Origin: Octopus bimaculoides
Taxonomy: Eukaryota
Reading direction: 5' to 3'
Length of the DNA: 34,299 nt
Assembly: GCF_001194135.2 (NCBI RefSeq)
Contig: NC_068991.1
Coordinates: forward strand, 48,475,898-48,510,196
The notes under the pieces were generated by a model that was not told the DNA's origin, did no database searches, and worked only from the letters and a program-made list of their open reading frames with translations. Position numbers and translations under genes: made by a program. How positions within the stretch are numbered: the first letter of the stretch is position 1; the number at the start of each line of letters is the position of its first letter. Below, in pieces: positions 22,152 through 34,261 of this stretch.

Positions 22152-23554
22152 GTAAGAACATGTTTGGGAAACTACCTACTGCATTCCTCTTCCCAAAGAA
22201 GGCCACGACTACTTTATCTGAGTAGAATAATATAGTCAGTGGGGGGTCTATCCTAAAAGTGTGCCTGTATGATTGTACTGGAAATCAGCAATGATGTTGG
22301 TGACTAACTCTCAATATTATACTTGTCGAACAGTTTCTAATGATCAAAGGTCTTGTCACCGACAATACCTATTTTATTAAAGCATAATATATCTTGAGCA
22401 TAATTATCCACCATTCAAATCTGCACAATATCATTGAAACTGATTTGGCGTCTACTTTTAGCAGGCTTAGTAACCTCATTAAGGTACCCAGATTGGTTCA
22501 CAGAACTCTTCAATGATTAATTAGTATTGGATGACATGTGTAGAAGTTCATGGTAAATGCAAATTTAGATAGCAAAAATTAGAACCGTTCAACAAGAAAT
22601 TTAATTTAGATGTAGCGTCTTACTGTGTATTTCCCTTTCACTCATTTTTCTTTCTCAAACTTCTTCATTTGAAAAATATAATGATGTGACTCCAAAACGT
22701 TTTTCTATATAATTAAATATGTTTGAAAATATAAATACCTTATTTAGTTGAAAACAAGTAAAGAAATAAAGAATATGAGGCAAACTTTCAGAAAAATGAA
22801 GAATAAATATAGCGTACAGTACAGCAATTTGATGCCATGTAAAGTTCTAAATTATGTGGTGTAGCAATTTATAACATGTAGCACCAAACATGACTCTTTT
22901 TATTTTTATTAAATGACAAGGATGTACAGCATCAGTGCTTATTTCTGATTTCTGTTGAGTTAAACAGCTGGGTATATATAAAAAAGAATCGATGAGACAA
23001 ATCTAAAAGAAAAATACTACAAATCAATAACTAATTAAAACAATAAATAGCAAATAAATATTTATAATTAGATAAAAACATTACGATTTAATTCAATCAT
23101 ACTAACAAGGAATATCTCAGACTATACTTATTCACACTCAAATACCACAAATTTAAAGAAAGGAACGCACTGAGCAGGTAAACGACTAAGAAAGCGAAGT
23201 ACACAGTGTGAAAAAATATCGTTAATTTTTCAGAATGCATTCTACATTACTATTCAACGGGAAAATTCAAAATATTTTTGCAACGACACAGGAAAAACTT
23301 ATAAAAAATAAATCGATGACTGAAAACGAAAATGGGAACTAAAAAGGAAATTGTTAACTGACTTTCGTTGAGATGTTTACTATGGCAGGTCTGAGTCGTG
23401 AAGATTACATAACTAGTGCTTTGCGCTATGTGAACGATTGTTGTTGCTGCTTAGGGTAAAGTTTATCCCTTTCTGCAGTGATCTTGGCAATTTTGAGGGT
23501 GCGTGATAGATCGAGCGCGTCGGCCGAAGAAATTGACTAACATTTTATTTTGTT

Positions 23555-23670
23555 TTCTTCAAAAAGATAAAAGACAAAATGATCATCAGTGGAATGAAGT
23601 TGAACTCAGAACGTAAAGAGTTGGAAGAAATATCACAACGCATTTTCCCGACTCTCTAACACGTTTGCTA
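23555..23670 (-). mobile_element. SINE family B, diverged
   Basis: AAAAGATAAAAGACAAAATGATC...TTGAACTCAGAACGTAAAGAG...GCATTTTCCCGAC. Confidence 0.6.
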
Positions 23671-24920
23671 TCCATAGCTGTAGTTCTGCAAAAATATTAA
23701 AGTCTTCTCGAGTAAGCGACTATGACAACTTCTTTCTACTGTTACTAGGTCAGTATGCAAGTACGAAAGCAAGGACTAGTCTTCTCATATATATGGTACT
23801 GTTACTGTTTTTGCCTTGATCTCCAAATATATTTAGAAACTCTACTGGTCAATGCAATATTTGTTTCTGAATTGACCAACGAATATCTGTGCAATTATAA
23901 TCTTTTCTTAAATACATTAGCTGTGGAACCCATGTAAAATTTCGACTGTGGACCACCATTCACTTCTACTTTGCCATAGAATACTAATAGAATACTAATG
24001 TAATGGCAAGGCAATTTCAATTAGGCACGCTGTTATCAAGTGTTTCTTAATTTACACCGGCTTCCTATCAATCTAATTAACAGGGCTGTGAAATGCCTGT
24101 GACTGAACTAAGGAGCTTTCATAGAATTTGCATTACAGGTCATAATACTGATGTGCCCTTGGCAAGTGAAGAGAAACTAAGAGACTTCCTGACTATAAAT
24201 GGTAGAATATGCAACTGAAAAACTAAATTACATCAACGAATCTTTCTATTTCAGTTTTTATATTAGCGTCTATGTTTATAATCTACCTGAAAATCCGTTA
24301 CAACTAAATACTTTGTTACAACTCTTCAAAGCTTTTGACATAACATCTAGATTTGATGACAACGATAACAAACTCTAGAAACACACAGATTATTCTCATT
24401 TAAATTTTTTTATCAAAAGTTTTATTCACATTTTATTACGAGTCTATTGAAGTACGTTTGGAATACGACAGTTTTTAAATCCGTCTGGAACGGTTCGAGA
24501 TTTTGACAGACTATTCTGCATAATCTAAAGTATTATTGAAATGAGCAGCGGTCTCTTTTATTGGATGTGAATGCGAAACGCGGTTAAAATTTGCTTAGAC
24601 TTTTATCACCAGAATTTGAACCTCAAAGGATTCGTGCGAAATACGAAGTAGCTCAATACAGAGTCAAAAGCAGAAAATGTTTCTGTTTTCCGAGTACAGA
24701 TATCTATAGGAAATATTGCTTCTCATTCANNNNNNNNNNNNNNNNNNNNNNNNNNNNNNNNNNNNNNNNNNNNNNNNNNNNNNNNNNNNNNNNNNNNNNN
24801 NNNNNNNNNNNNNNNNNNNNNNNNNNTATGTATGTATTTATGTATGCATGAATGTATATGTATGTATGCATGAATGTATATATATGTATGTATGTATGAA
24901 TGTATATATATATGTATGCA

Positions 24921-24951
<31 letters not shown>

Positions 24952-25678
24952 GCATATGTATGTATTTATGTATGTATTTATGTATGTATCCATGCACTCA
25001 CGCACATGCACACACACACCCACATACATATTTACATATATATCTCAACGTTCACATCTACTAAAACATATTGGCACCAACTTGAAAAAAGTAGAAAGAA
25101 AAACCTCGTGATTAAATATTTCAGCGGAATAAAAACAAACTGAAAACTTGTTTCATGAAAAATAAGATACGTATAACGTTACAAAGATATTGAGTAAAAA
25201 CAGATTAATTCTGAAGAGATTGTTTAAATAGGAAAGTTTGATTTACACACTAGTTCTTGAAAACATATTTTCTTTCAAACAAATAGTCAGTTTAAGAAGA
25301 AATGATATAAAATTATTTAATTTACAGTCGGCCTAGCTAAAAATAACCATATATGTATGTACTTACGTTTATAAGACTATGTATATAACTTGCATCTGTG
25401 TACGCATGTACCCCCACCCCATCAATACGCACGTATACACACACATATATACGCTAGGACAAAACTTTAATGCATAGAGATTCATGCATGCCTCTATACA
25501 AAGGTACATACATATACACATGCATATATGCAAATATACATGCATATGTATCTCTGTATATTATATGTATATAATAGTAGTAAATATAGATATTTAGATG
25601 CAATTACATACATATACATATATATATTTACATATATATATAATTTATATACATACATAAATATATGCATATGTATGC

Positions 25679-25716
<38 letters not shown>

Positions 25717-26207
25717 NNNNNNNNNNNNNNNNNNNNNNNNNNNNNNNNNNNNNNNNNNNNNNNNNNNNNNNNNNNNNNNNNNNNNNNNNNNNNNNNNNNN
25801 NNNNNNNNNNNNNNNNNNNNNNNNNNNNNNNNNNNNNNNNNNNNNNNNNNNNNNNNNNNNNNNNNNNNNNNNNNNNNNNNNNNNNNNNNNNNNNNNNNNN
25901 NNNNNNNNNNNNNNNNNNNNNNNNNNNNNNNNNNNNNNNNNNNNNNNNNNNNNNNNNNNNNNNNNNNNNNNNNNNNNNNNNNNNNNNNNNNNNNNNNNNN
26001 NNNNNNNNNNNNNNNNNNNNNNNNNNNNNNNNNNNNNNNNNNNNNNNNNNNNNNNNNNNNNNNNNNNNNNNNNNNNNNNNNNNNNNNNNNNNNNNNNNNN
26101 NNNNNNNNNNNNNNNNNNNNNNNNNNNNNNNNNNNNNNNNNTATTTTCATCTACATATTAAAGCAACACATAAAAAAAAACAAATAACCTCATGAGAAGA
26201 AAAAAAT

Positions 26208-26525
26208 GGCATGACTATGCTTTTAAGAAGCTTGCATTGCAACCATGTGGCTTCGGTTTCAGTTGTACTACATGGCACCTAGGACCAATATCGCCTGTAA
26301 CCCTTGGCTGAATAATACATTTTGTGTGAATTTGGTAGACGGAAACAGTGTGGAAGATAATTGTGTGTATATATATATATGTGTGTGTGTGTGTGTATGT
26401 GTGTGTGTGTGTGTGTGTGAGTGTGCCTTTGTGTTTGTGTTAGTTCCCCACTGCTTGATAACCGGTGTTGATTTGTTTACAAAACCTTAAAATAACGGTT
26501 GGACAAGAGGGTCGACTAAAAAGGT
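26208..26525 (+). mobile_element. SINE family A, diverged, with central (TG)n; terminal piece inverted at 26606-26646
   Basis: GGCATGACTATG...AAGAAGCTTGC...GGCACC...GAATTTGGTAGACGGAAAC...(TG)n...GCTTGATAACCGGTGTTG. 26606-26646 is the reverse complement of the family 3' end. Confidence 0.75.
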
Positions 26526-27576
26526 ATCCATATATAAAAATAGGTACCTATAATGGTAATACCCAAGCAAGTTCAATGATTTCCTCGTTTGTTATTTTTT
26601 TTGTGTCAGTCATTCGACTAAGGCCATACTGGAGTATCGTCTTGAAATGGAAGCAAACCATTTGCACATACATTCGAGAGGAGTTTATATATATATAAAA
26701 AAATTATTACGTTTTCCAGATTATCAATATATTGTCACTGTGTGAAATCGAACCATTTAGCAATAATTTGTTAAATATATTATCTTGAAATTATTTTTTA
26801 TTGATCATGTGTTTTTATCGTTATTCATAAATTTAGTATGTTCAATAATGTTATTATTTATTATATAACACCCTGTTTCCAGCTTACAAAACGATTTATT
26901 TTCTATGTTTTTATTTCTTTGAAGGCTTTTATTATAAACTCGAATACTCGACTAACATACTTGTATTAAATATTGATTTCTTTTTATTTATATTTAATGC
27001 ATTTTTATTTTCAAAAGTCACTAGATTATCATTAATTAACTTACACCAGGTGTTGAAAATTAAAGGTTGTACTCTCGCCTCAAGATGTTATATACCGTGT
27101 TAATTTATCTAATTGCTGTAATCTATCTATGTATCTATCTACCTATCTATTTCTCATTTTTCTTTTATCTATCTATTAATCTAAATATAATAAAAGAAAT
27201 CTGTCGAATGTGAGCTAATGTTACATTATCTTCATTCTGTTGTATAATTTAGAAATATAAAATTACAGAGATTTGCTATACGACAGCCACAAAAACTACA
27301 CAATTATTTCCATAGAAATGTTTAGTAATGCCTGTCTGTGTACACTATGGATACATATACCCACAAGTGTTTCGTTAGAAAATTAGATATTAAGTACCCA
27401 AGTCTGAAATATGCTCACGCGTCTGGTTTATAAAGAGGTGTAATTTCTCTTGAACTTTCAAAATTAAAGCAAATATATTAGTTATTGTGTGCAATAAATA
27501 AAGAAATAAATAAACATGACATTGAAATAAATTCCAAATGCATATTCAACTGATTTTACTGATGTCACCCACTTAC

Positions 27577-27682
27577 TGGTTCGAGTTTGTGGATTGTGAC
27601 AATACCAAAATATAGCATTTAGGTTTATGCCAGTTTATGTGAGAGCTCTTGTATTCAGTTTTATTTAACAAAACTCTTCTTG
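27577..27682 (-). CDS. Candidate 106-nt exon (phase 1 to 2), unknown product
   Basis: Acceptor AATTTTCCAG| and donor CCA|GTAAGT. Only one frame is open: RRVLLNKTEYKSSHINWHKPKCYILVLSQSTNSN. Confidence 0.3.
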
Positions 27683-28121
27683 CTGGAAAATTATATATTA
27701 ATATTTGTGGTTTAACTACAGCTAGCAACGAGGCAAAAGAGAATCTTCGTATCGTGAATTGTGAAGTACGATATATGTACGCTTAAATTAAGCAGAAATG
27801 AAAAGACATTTTGCGAAGTTCACTCAAGGGAATTCTTCCCTTATGGCAGTTCATAAGTTTCTGTGGCTGCAAAATTTCTCTAATAAGTGTAGGCCTGGAC
27901 AAGGCTATTTTTAGTGGAATACTACCAGTAGTCGATGTATGCAAGTCTTCCCTCCACATACCACAGATAACGTCCAAAAAAAAAATCAAAGCTAATACAG
28001 CTTTGCACTGGTATCGTTGAAGGTGTTGCTATCAGATCTCAAAATGCTGGAATATAGACTCCACAAGGCGTCTAGTCTCATTCTGTAACAGTTCTGTCTT
28101 TACACTACTTTGAACTTTTGT

Positions 28122-28232
28122 TTTTTTATCGAGCCCGAAAGGATGAAAGATGAAGTCATTCATTCGCAAAGACTCGGAACAAATATCTTCGGGTTATTCG
28201 ATTCGTCATTGTAACGACTCTGGTAATTGCCG
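28122..28232 (-). mobile_element. SINE family B fragment
   Basis: TTTTATCGAGCCCGAAAGGATGAAAGATGAAGTC...GTAACGACTCTG. Confidence 0.65.
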
Positions 28233-28396
28233 TATTACTGAAGAATAAGGTAGTAGATATATCTTAGAATCAATAAGTGTAATAACATTGTTAAACAAAT
28301 ACAGCGAGTCACTTCGATGATCTACTAACAAGTGTTACAAAATATATATACACCTGTGAGGCGTAGAGGAAGAATTTATCTGGTCTCTTTACTTAC

Positions 28397-28430
28397 TATA
28401 GATAACACAGCATCTCATTCAAATCATGAT
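28397..28430 (-). CDS. Candidate 34-nt exon (phase 1 to 2)
   Basis: Acceptor CTTTCTTTTTTCAG| and donor ATA|GTAAGT. Only one frame is open: HDLNEMLCYL. Confidence 0.25.
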
Positions 28431-29037
28431 CTGAAAAAAGAAAGATACATTGTATGATATGATCATACACATGCTATGTCTCCTACGAAAAAAAAAAAGA
28501 AGTGAAATAGATTATACAGAAATGCTTTCATGAAAAGTATATCAGAGTTAGCTGCAGAGTAGCCAAAAACCTCAAGTGGAACTCTCATAAACTCCAATAC
28601 AAATTTCACAACAATTTTTAAATAGTCACTTACAGATTTAAATTCGAAACACAAGTGACTTGTACTTTCTTCAGCAATTCACTGTTCTCATCAACGAAAA
28701 CATGTACATTCAACTACTAAACAGATGGAGCGATAACACCGCCACAGGAAAATTGAGCAACAAAGGAAAGTAATTCGTTAATATATGAATAGGTGCGTAA
28801 ATTGCAGAAGCAAAAAAGAAAAAACTGCTTCATTTTTTCACGAATTATGTGACAAACTGGAATGTATGTATATGTGATTCTCTAGTACGTAAATTCTAGA
28901 GAATGCTTCCCAAATTCCAGCACCTTCTTGTGAATAAACTTGTATATAAGACAAATATGAAAAATACGAGAGACGGGTATATTAACAAGAAGGTAATAGA
29001 GTTTTGATGTATTTTTGTGTATATGTACGTATGTATG

Positions 29038-29072
<35 letters not shown>

Positions 29073-30902
29073 GTATATATATGTATATATATATATATAT
29101 ATATNNNNNNNNNNNNNNNNNNNNNNNNNNNNNNNNNNNNNNNNNNNNNNNNNNNNNNNNNNNNNNNNNNNNNNNNNNNNNNNNNNNNNNNNNNNNNNNN
29201 NNNNNNNNNNNNNNNNNNNNNNNNNNNNNNNNNNNNNNNNNNNNNNNNNNNNNNNNNNNNNNNNNNNNNNATTACTTTATAAATTCATTAAATGGAATCT
29301 GCTTGTCAAGCAATATACATATGTCGGTTATTCGAAAGTATTATAAATGTATTAAAAATAAGTCAAGTGGAAACATTTGAAATCCAGGTATCACGTATTA
29401 CATAAAGTGCGATATTAAAGTAATGCTTGACAAGGTTTTCACAGTAAACAGAATTTACAGAAAAAATGTGCCATTTATATAACCGAAAAGAACAACATTT
29501 TTTAAGAAACTTTTATACAAAGATAAATATCATACGTCTTTAGATACTGCAGAACGGAGATAAAATATTTTATTTCACACATTTCGTTGAAGAAAAGCAT
29601 GTATATGTAAGATTTTGTTTTAGATACTGTGTTTATTTCTGATATTTTTGAAAGAGAATTTCAAAGAAATTTTACAGTATCATATATTTTTTCATATACT
29701 TTGGTTATTTCTTCTGAATTTTATTATTTGAGTTTTTAGTTTGAGCTGTGTATTTTCATGGATGCTGTGTACTCGCGTAAATAATTCGTAACTGAGTGAA
29801 TGTGTGCGTGCTGAGATCATTGAAATATAAATCCTACAACAAACTTTGGAGGAAAATATTTCCGTGTGATAGACAACGAAGTTATAATATTATCGTAACT
29901 TAAAGATGTATTGTGACAACCCTGATGTGTAAATTTTTAAATATATAAATTTTATAATCTGACTTGATAACAGTTGCTTCTCTGATTATACTTTTATTCT
30001 CTCATACACATATTGTGGCATATCCAAAAGGGAGACGAACACCATTAAAAAGGAAGGCCAAATTGGATAGTGCTTCTAATATATAAGTCAATGGGGTGAT
30101 CATGGGTAGACTGCCTTTCGTTCATGAGTCTTCTCGATCAAATCAGAATCTGTTGCAAAATAATAACTAATGCATTCATGTAATTTCTGTATATGGTAAT
30201 GGGTAAGTAGCAACGGTCTGGCTTATCTTCTACGAAGTTTGTAAAATACGAAAAGAATGTATTCCATGCGTATGCAACCTAACTGTGGAATTTGGTAATT
30301 CTTTGCTGCACATTCTCTGCATGAGCCTATTTATAAGAAAATAAAATAAAGAAAACATCGTGTGTTGAAATAAATACTTCTTCATAGTAATAAAAGAGTG
30401 AAACTACGGAACTGTTAACTTCATCTACTTTTGTCCATTTCTTCCTGTGTTTAGAACTTTGCATGTCAACTAAAATTTTCTTATTCGTGGCATTGATAAA
30501 ATACGAAAGAATATTCTAATGGAAATTATTAAATCGGTCCAGCACCGGCACATGATCATTCTTTGTGTTTCAGTAAGAATATAATGTTCAGTTCTCACAT
30601 TAACGCTCGGACACGTACTTTTAATGGGATCGGTAAAGACAGTTGAGTCGAGCCCGTTAAACGGTTTTTCATTATCATCTTTAAAACAAGACAGTAAGGG
30701 ACTGTATTGTATACCTGTATACTCACGAATAAACTACCGTAAGGTTGGTATAGATGTTAGAAATAACAGCAAATCACCGCTAAACTATAATTTATTGCTT
30801 AAGAAAAAGGTGGACTGATTGGATAATGTAATGTTATACCTTATCTGCCTACCTGTCTGTCTTTGAATGTAAATATGTGTATATCTATCTATTTGTCTCT
30901 GA

Positions 30903-30962
<60 letters not shown>
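30903..30962. repeat. (CTAT)15 microsatellite
   Basis: Perfect 60-bp tract. Confidence 0.97.
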
Positions 30963-30966
30963 TTGT

Positions 30967-31262
30967 TTGCTTGTCAACCACATGGTTCCGGGTTCAGTCT
31001 CACTGCATGGCACCTTGATCTAGTGCCTTCTACTATAAACTCGAGGCAACGAAAGCATCATGAGTGGACTTGGTAGAGGGAAACTGAAATGAGCTCTTCG
31101 ATATATACTTATATATATATGTATATATATGTGTGTGGGTGCGTGTGCGCGCGCGTTTGCGTGTGCGCGCGCGTTTGCGTGTGCGTGTGTGCGTGTCTTT
31201 GCGTCTGAGTTTCTCCTTTACCACCGCTTGACAACCGGTGTTGGTGTGTTTACGTCCCCATA
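30967..31262 (+). mobile_element. SINE family A with central alternating purine-pyrimidine tract
   Basis: TTGCTTGTCAACCACATGGTTCCGGGTTCAGTCTCACTGCATGGCACCTTG...GGACTTGGTAGAGGGAAACTGAA...CCGCTTGACAACCGGTGTTGGTGTGTTTACGTCCCC. Confidence 0.85.
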
Positions 31263-31265
31263 AAC

Positions 31266-31307
<42 letters not shown>

Positions 31308-31316
31308 ACACGCACA

Positions 31317-31377
<61 letters not shown>

Positions 31378-31512
31378 ACACAGAGAGGCATGTATGAATG
31401 CGTGACTGCCGACATGATATTCTCTAAAGTCACATGTTCCCGTGTTAGAAACGGCTGCTGTCTATTTTTTAAAAACTTTTAATATAAAACACAAAGAACG
31501 TGTATAACATAT

Positions 31513-31673
31513 ACGACTTTTCTATACAGTTTCTCTCTAGTAATTTCAATTCATGTCAAAACGATCATCTCAAAATTATGTCAGAAGACACTTGACCAAT
31601 TTTTCGAGTAGCAGAATCGAACCGGGAACTACATAGTTCTAAAGCAAACTTCTTAATCACACAGCTATGCTTG
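31513..31673 (-). mobile_element. SINE family A, diverged 5' half
   Basis: CAGTTTCTCTCTAG...AGAAGACACTTGACC...GAACCGGGAACTACATAG...GCAAACTTCTTAATCACACAGCTATGC. Confidence 0.7.
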
Positions 31674-32768
31674 AACTATTATTTAATAAACAATACCAAT
31701 GTGATTGTTTGATTACGAAATAAGCTGGAGTTAATGCCTGTCTTGTGTCTACAACGTCTATCGACAATGGCAACTCATTTGTCATGTATTAGGTAAATAC
31801 TTCGATAACTATTTATTTATCAAATCGATTTTGTACACTACTCATAAAATTTTAAACGGTTTATGCATTACGACGTGTACCTCTTTTATTCTTACTTTTC
31901 CACGTTGTTTTAATTCTTCCACTTACCAATTTCCAAAGCATATTCACAGAACAAATATTAAGTTAATGTTGCATATTATTTGATTAAATGCGTAACAAAC
32001 TAGCACAAACACACACACACACACACCTACCTAATTGTACTCGTTGCCCACACACACATAACACACACACACACACACACATATACATACATAAAAACAT
32101 ACATAAATACATACATATATATATTTTGGCATATCTGTGTGCAAATCCGTCCATAAATATAGAACTTATATGTACATACATACAAGCATACCGCACCATA
32201 TATATNNNNNNNNNNNNNNNNNNNNNNNNNNNNNNNNNNNNNNNNNNNNNNNNNNNNNNNNNNNNNNNNNNNNNNNNNNNNNNNNNNNNNNNNNNNNNNN
32301 NNNNNNNNNNNNNNNNNNNNNNNNNNNNNNNNNNNNNNNNNNNNNNNNNNNNNNNNNNNNNNNNNNNNNNNNNNNNNNNNNNNNNNNNNNNNNNNNNNNN
32401 NNNNNNNNNNNNNNNNNNNNNNNNNNNNNNNNNNNNNNNNNNNNNNNNNNNNNNNNNNNNNNNNNNNNNNNNNNNNNNNNNNNNNNNNNNNNNNNNNNNN
32501 NNNNNNNNNNNNNNNNNNNNNNNNNNNNNNNNNNNNNNNNNNNNNNNNNNNNNNNNNNNNNNNNNNNNNNNNNNNNNNNNNNNNNNNNNNNNNNNNNNNN
32601 NNNNNNNNNNNNNNNNNNNNNNNNNNNNNNNNNNNNNNNNNNNNNNNNNNNNNNNNNNNNNNNNNNNNNNNNNNNNNNNNNNNNNNNNNNNNNNNNNNNN
32701 NNNNNNNNNNNNNNNNNNNNNNNNNNNNNNNNNNNNNNNNNNNNNNNNNNNNNNNNNNNNNNNNNNNN

Positions 32769-32807
<39 letters not shown>

Positions 32808-32958
32808 GCAAGTATGTATAAATACACACACACACACATACACATATACATGTATGTATGTATATATGTAAGAATTATCGGTAATTTATTATATAATATC
32901 CCAAAAAACCAACCACTGCCACTACTACCACAACCATCACCATTAATAAGAACACCAT

Positions 32959-33015
<57 letters not shown>

Positions 33016-33032
33016 ACGATAATAATAATAAT
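32959..33032. repeat. (CTA)19 plus (AAT)n tract, probable tail of the adjacent minus-strand SINE
   Basis: Directly visible. It explains the poly-T and poly-V stretches in the ORF track. Confidence 0.9.
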
Positions 33033-33035
33033 GCT

Positions 33036-33550
33036 TTCAAATTTGGTCCCAAAATCAACAAATTTAGTGGTGGATATAAGTTGATTTCATCGACCCTACT
33101 ATCTGGTTTACATTTTGTTTTATCGACCTTGAAAGATTGAAGGCAGATTTGAAGGTAGTAGGATTTGATCTTAGGACGCAAATAGTCAGAAGATCAGCCA
33201 CTAATCAATTTGTCCGATGCTCAAACGGACTTGATATCCCGTTGCTTCATAACTATGGTAGTAATACTTTAAAATTTTGGTTGAACGCTCGCAGTTTTGA
33301 GAGGAGGGCTAAATCGATAATATCGAATTGAGTTTGTTTTATCGGCTCCGAAATGAGGAAAGGCAAATTAGACCGTGGCAATATTTCGACGTAAAGGTCA
33401 GTAAAGACGCCAAGTATTTTATCTGACTTGCTAACGACCCCAGTACATGAATGGTTTAGTATTTTATCGATCATAAAGGAATGAAACACAAATTTGACTT
33501 CAGCAAAATTTGAAATTAGAATGTAAATATCGGAAGAAATATCAGAAGAT
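33036..33550 (-). mobile_element. Cluster of three diverged SINE family B copies (about 33036-33230, 33260-33437, 33435-33550)
   Basis: Each shows the TTTATCG(A/G).....AAA.G..GAA...CA.A.TT.AC core followed by an ACG/ATGTAAA... head remnant. Confidence 0.6.
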
Positions 33551-33974
33551 AGTTTCTTATATTCTAAAAGATTCCACCAGCATAACACCTTATAAAGTTA
33601 ATTGTTTCTTACTGAGGCCAAGGTCAAAAATTTTGAGGGGTTTCCGAAAGCTGATATTCCCATGTAATTCTGGCTGACGTGATTCAGTATGTCAAAACAC
33701 AGGTGTATCAGAATGCCGTGCAGCAACGAGCCAAGTGAGTTAAATACACAATCGTCGTTAAAGTCAGAGGATATTCTTCTATATCGTACATGACAGCGGC
33801 CATGTTGAGTCTAAATCCACATAGTCGTGTTAAGAATAAATATGCACTTAATTCCCGGTCTCTCTGTAGACTGTGCAAATAACGATATTTCAGTTATAAG
33901 CACCGATCAGCAAACAATTTGCATACTGAAAGTATAAACAAAGACAACAGCTGTGTTTAGGCTCAGACTCCGGG

Positions 33975-34060
33975 TGCTTCTGGCTGACGAGACAGGTAAC
34001 AAAATACCAGTGCCCCAGAATTCCCAGCACCAATGAGCCGAGTGTGTTCAATACACTCGT
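33975..34060 (+). ncRNA. Degenerate type I hammerhead-like motif (probably inactive), possibly from a Penelope-like element
   Basis: CTGG-CTGACGA-GACAGGTAAC-AAAA-TA-CCAG. The CUGANGA core is intact and CTGG/CCAG closes helix I, but the 3' arm of stem II and G12 are missing. A hairpin CGAGTGT/ACACTCG follows. Confidence 0.35.
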
Positions 34061-34261
34061 TGTAAGAAGCAGTAGTTATTCTCCTATGGCGACAGTGTCC
34101 AGCGTATTTTATGTCTAAACCTGCCTAGACGTGTCAAGAATATATATACTACACACACACACAGACATGCACACACACATACATATGCTTACATCTGCCT
34201 AAAAATATGTATGTATATATGTGTGTGTGTGTTTGTGTGCGTGTGTATATATATATATATG

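Larger units (their letters stand above)
338..32768. other. 16 assembly gaps (N-runs), about 5.2 kb in total
   Basis: N-runs at 338-743, 2164-2582, 6483-6591, 7466-8268, 9380-9492, 10117-10137, 11224-11233, 12226-12558, 13605-13908, 16594-16683, 18209-18723, 19720-20554, 24730-24826, 25717-26141, 29105-29270 and 32206-32768. Most abut (TA)n or (TG)n tracts. Confidence 0.99.

Noticed and set aside
24084-24215. Plus-strand open frame GCEMPVTELRSFHRICITGHNTDVPLASEEKLRDFLTING after a CAG
   Set aside because: No recognisable homology and only moderate splice signals. An open frame of about 44 codons is within chance expectation for this much sequence.
25213-25240. CTGAAGA...GAAA hammerhead-like spacing
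   Set aside because: Neither stem II nor helix I can pair.
27783-28654. Short ORFs 27783-27989 (-), 27811-28020 (+) and 28463-28654 (-)
   Set aside because: No domain motifs, homopolymer-derived residues, and no consistent splice boundaries.
85-33181. Long ORFs (150-384 aa) in the supplied track
   Set aside because: They stay open only because they cross N-runs or stop-free microsatellites (YIYI, HTHT, VCVC, poly-T/V). They are not genes.
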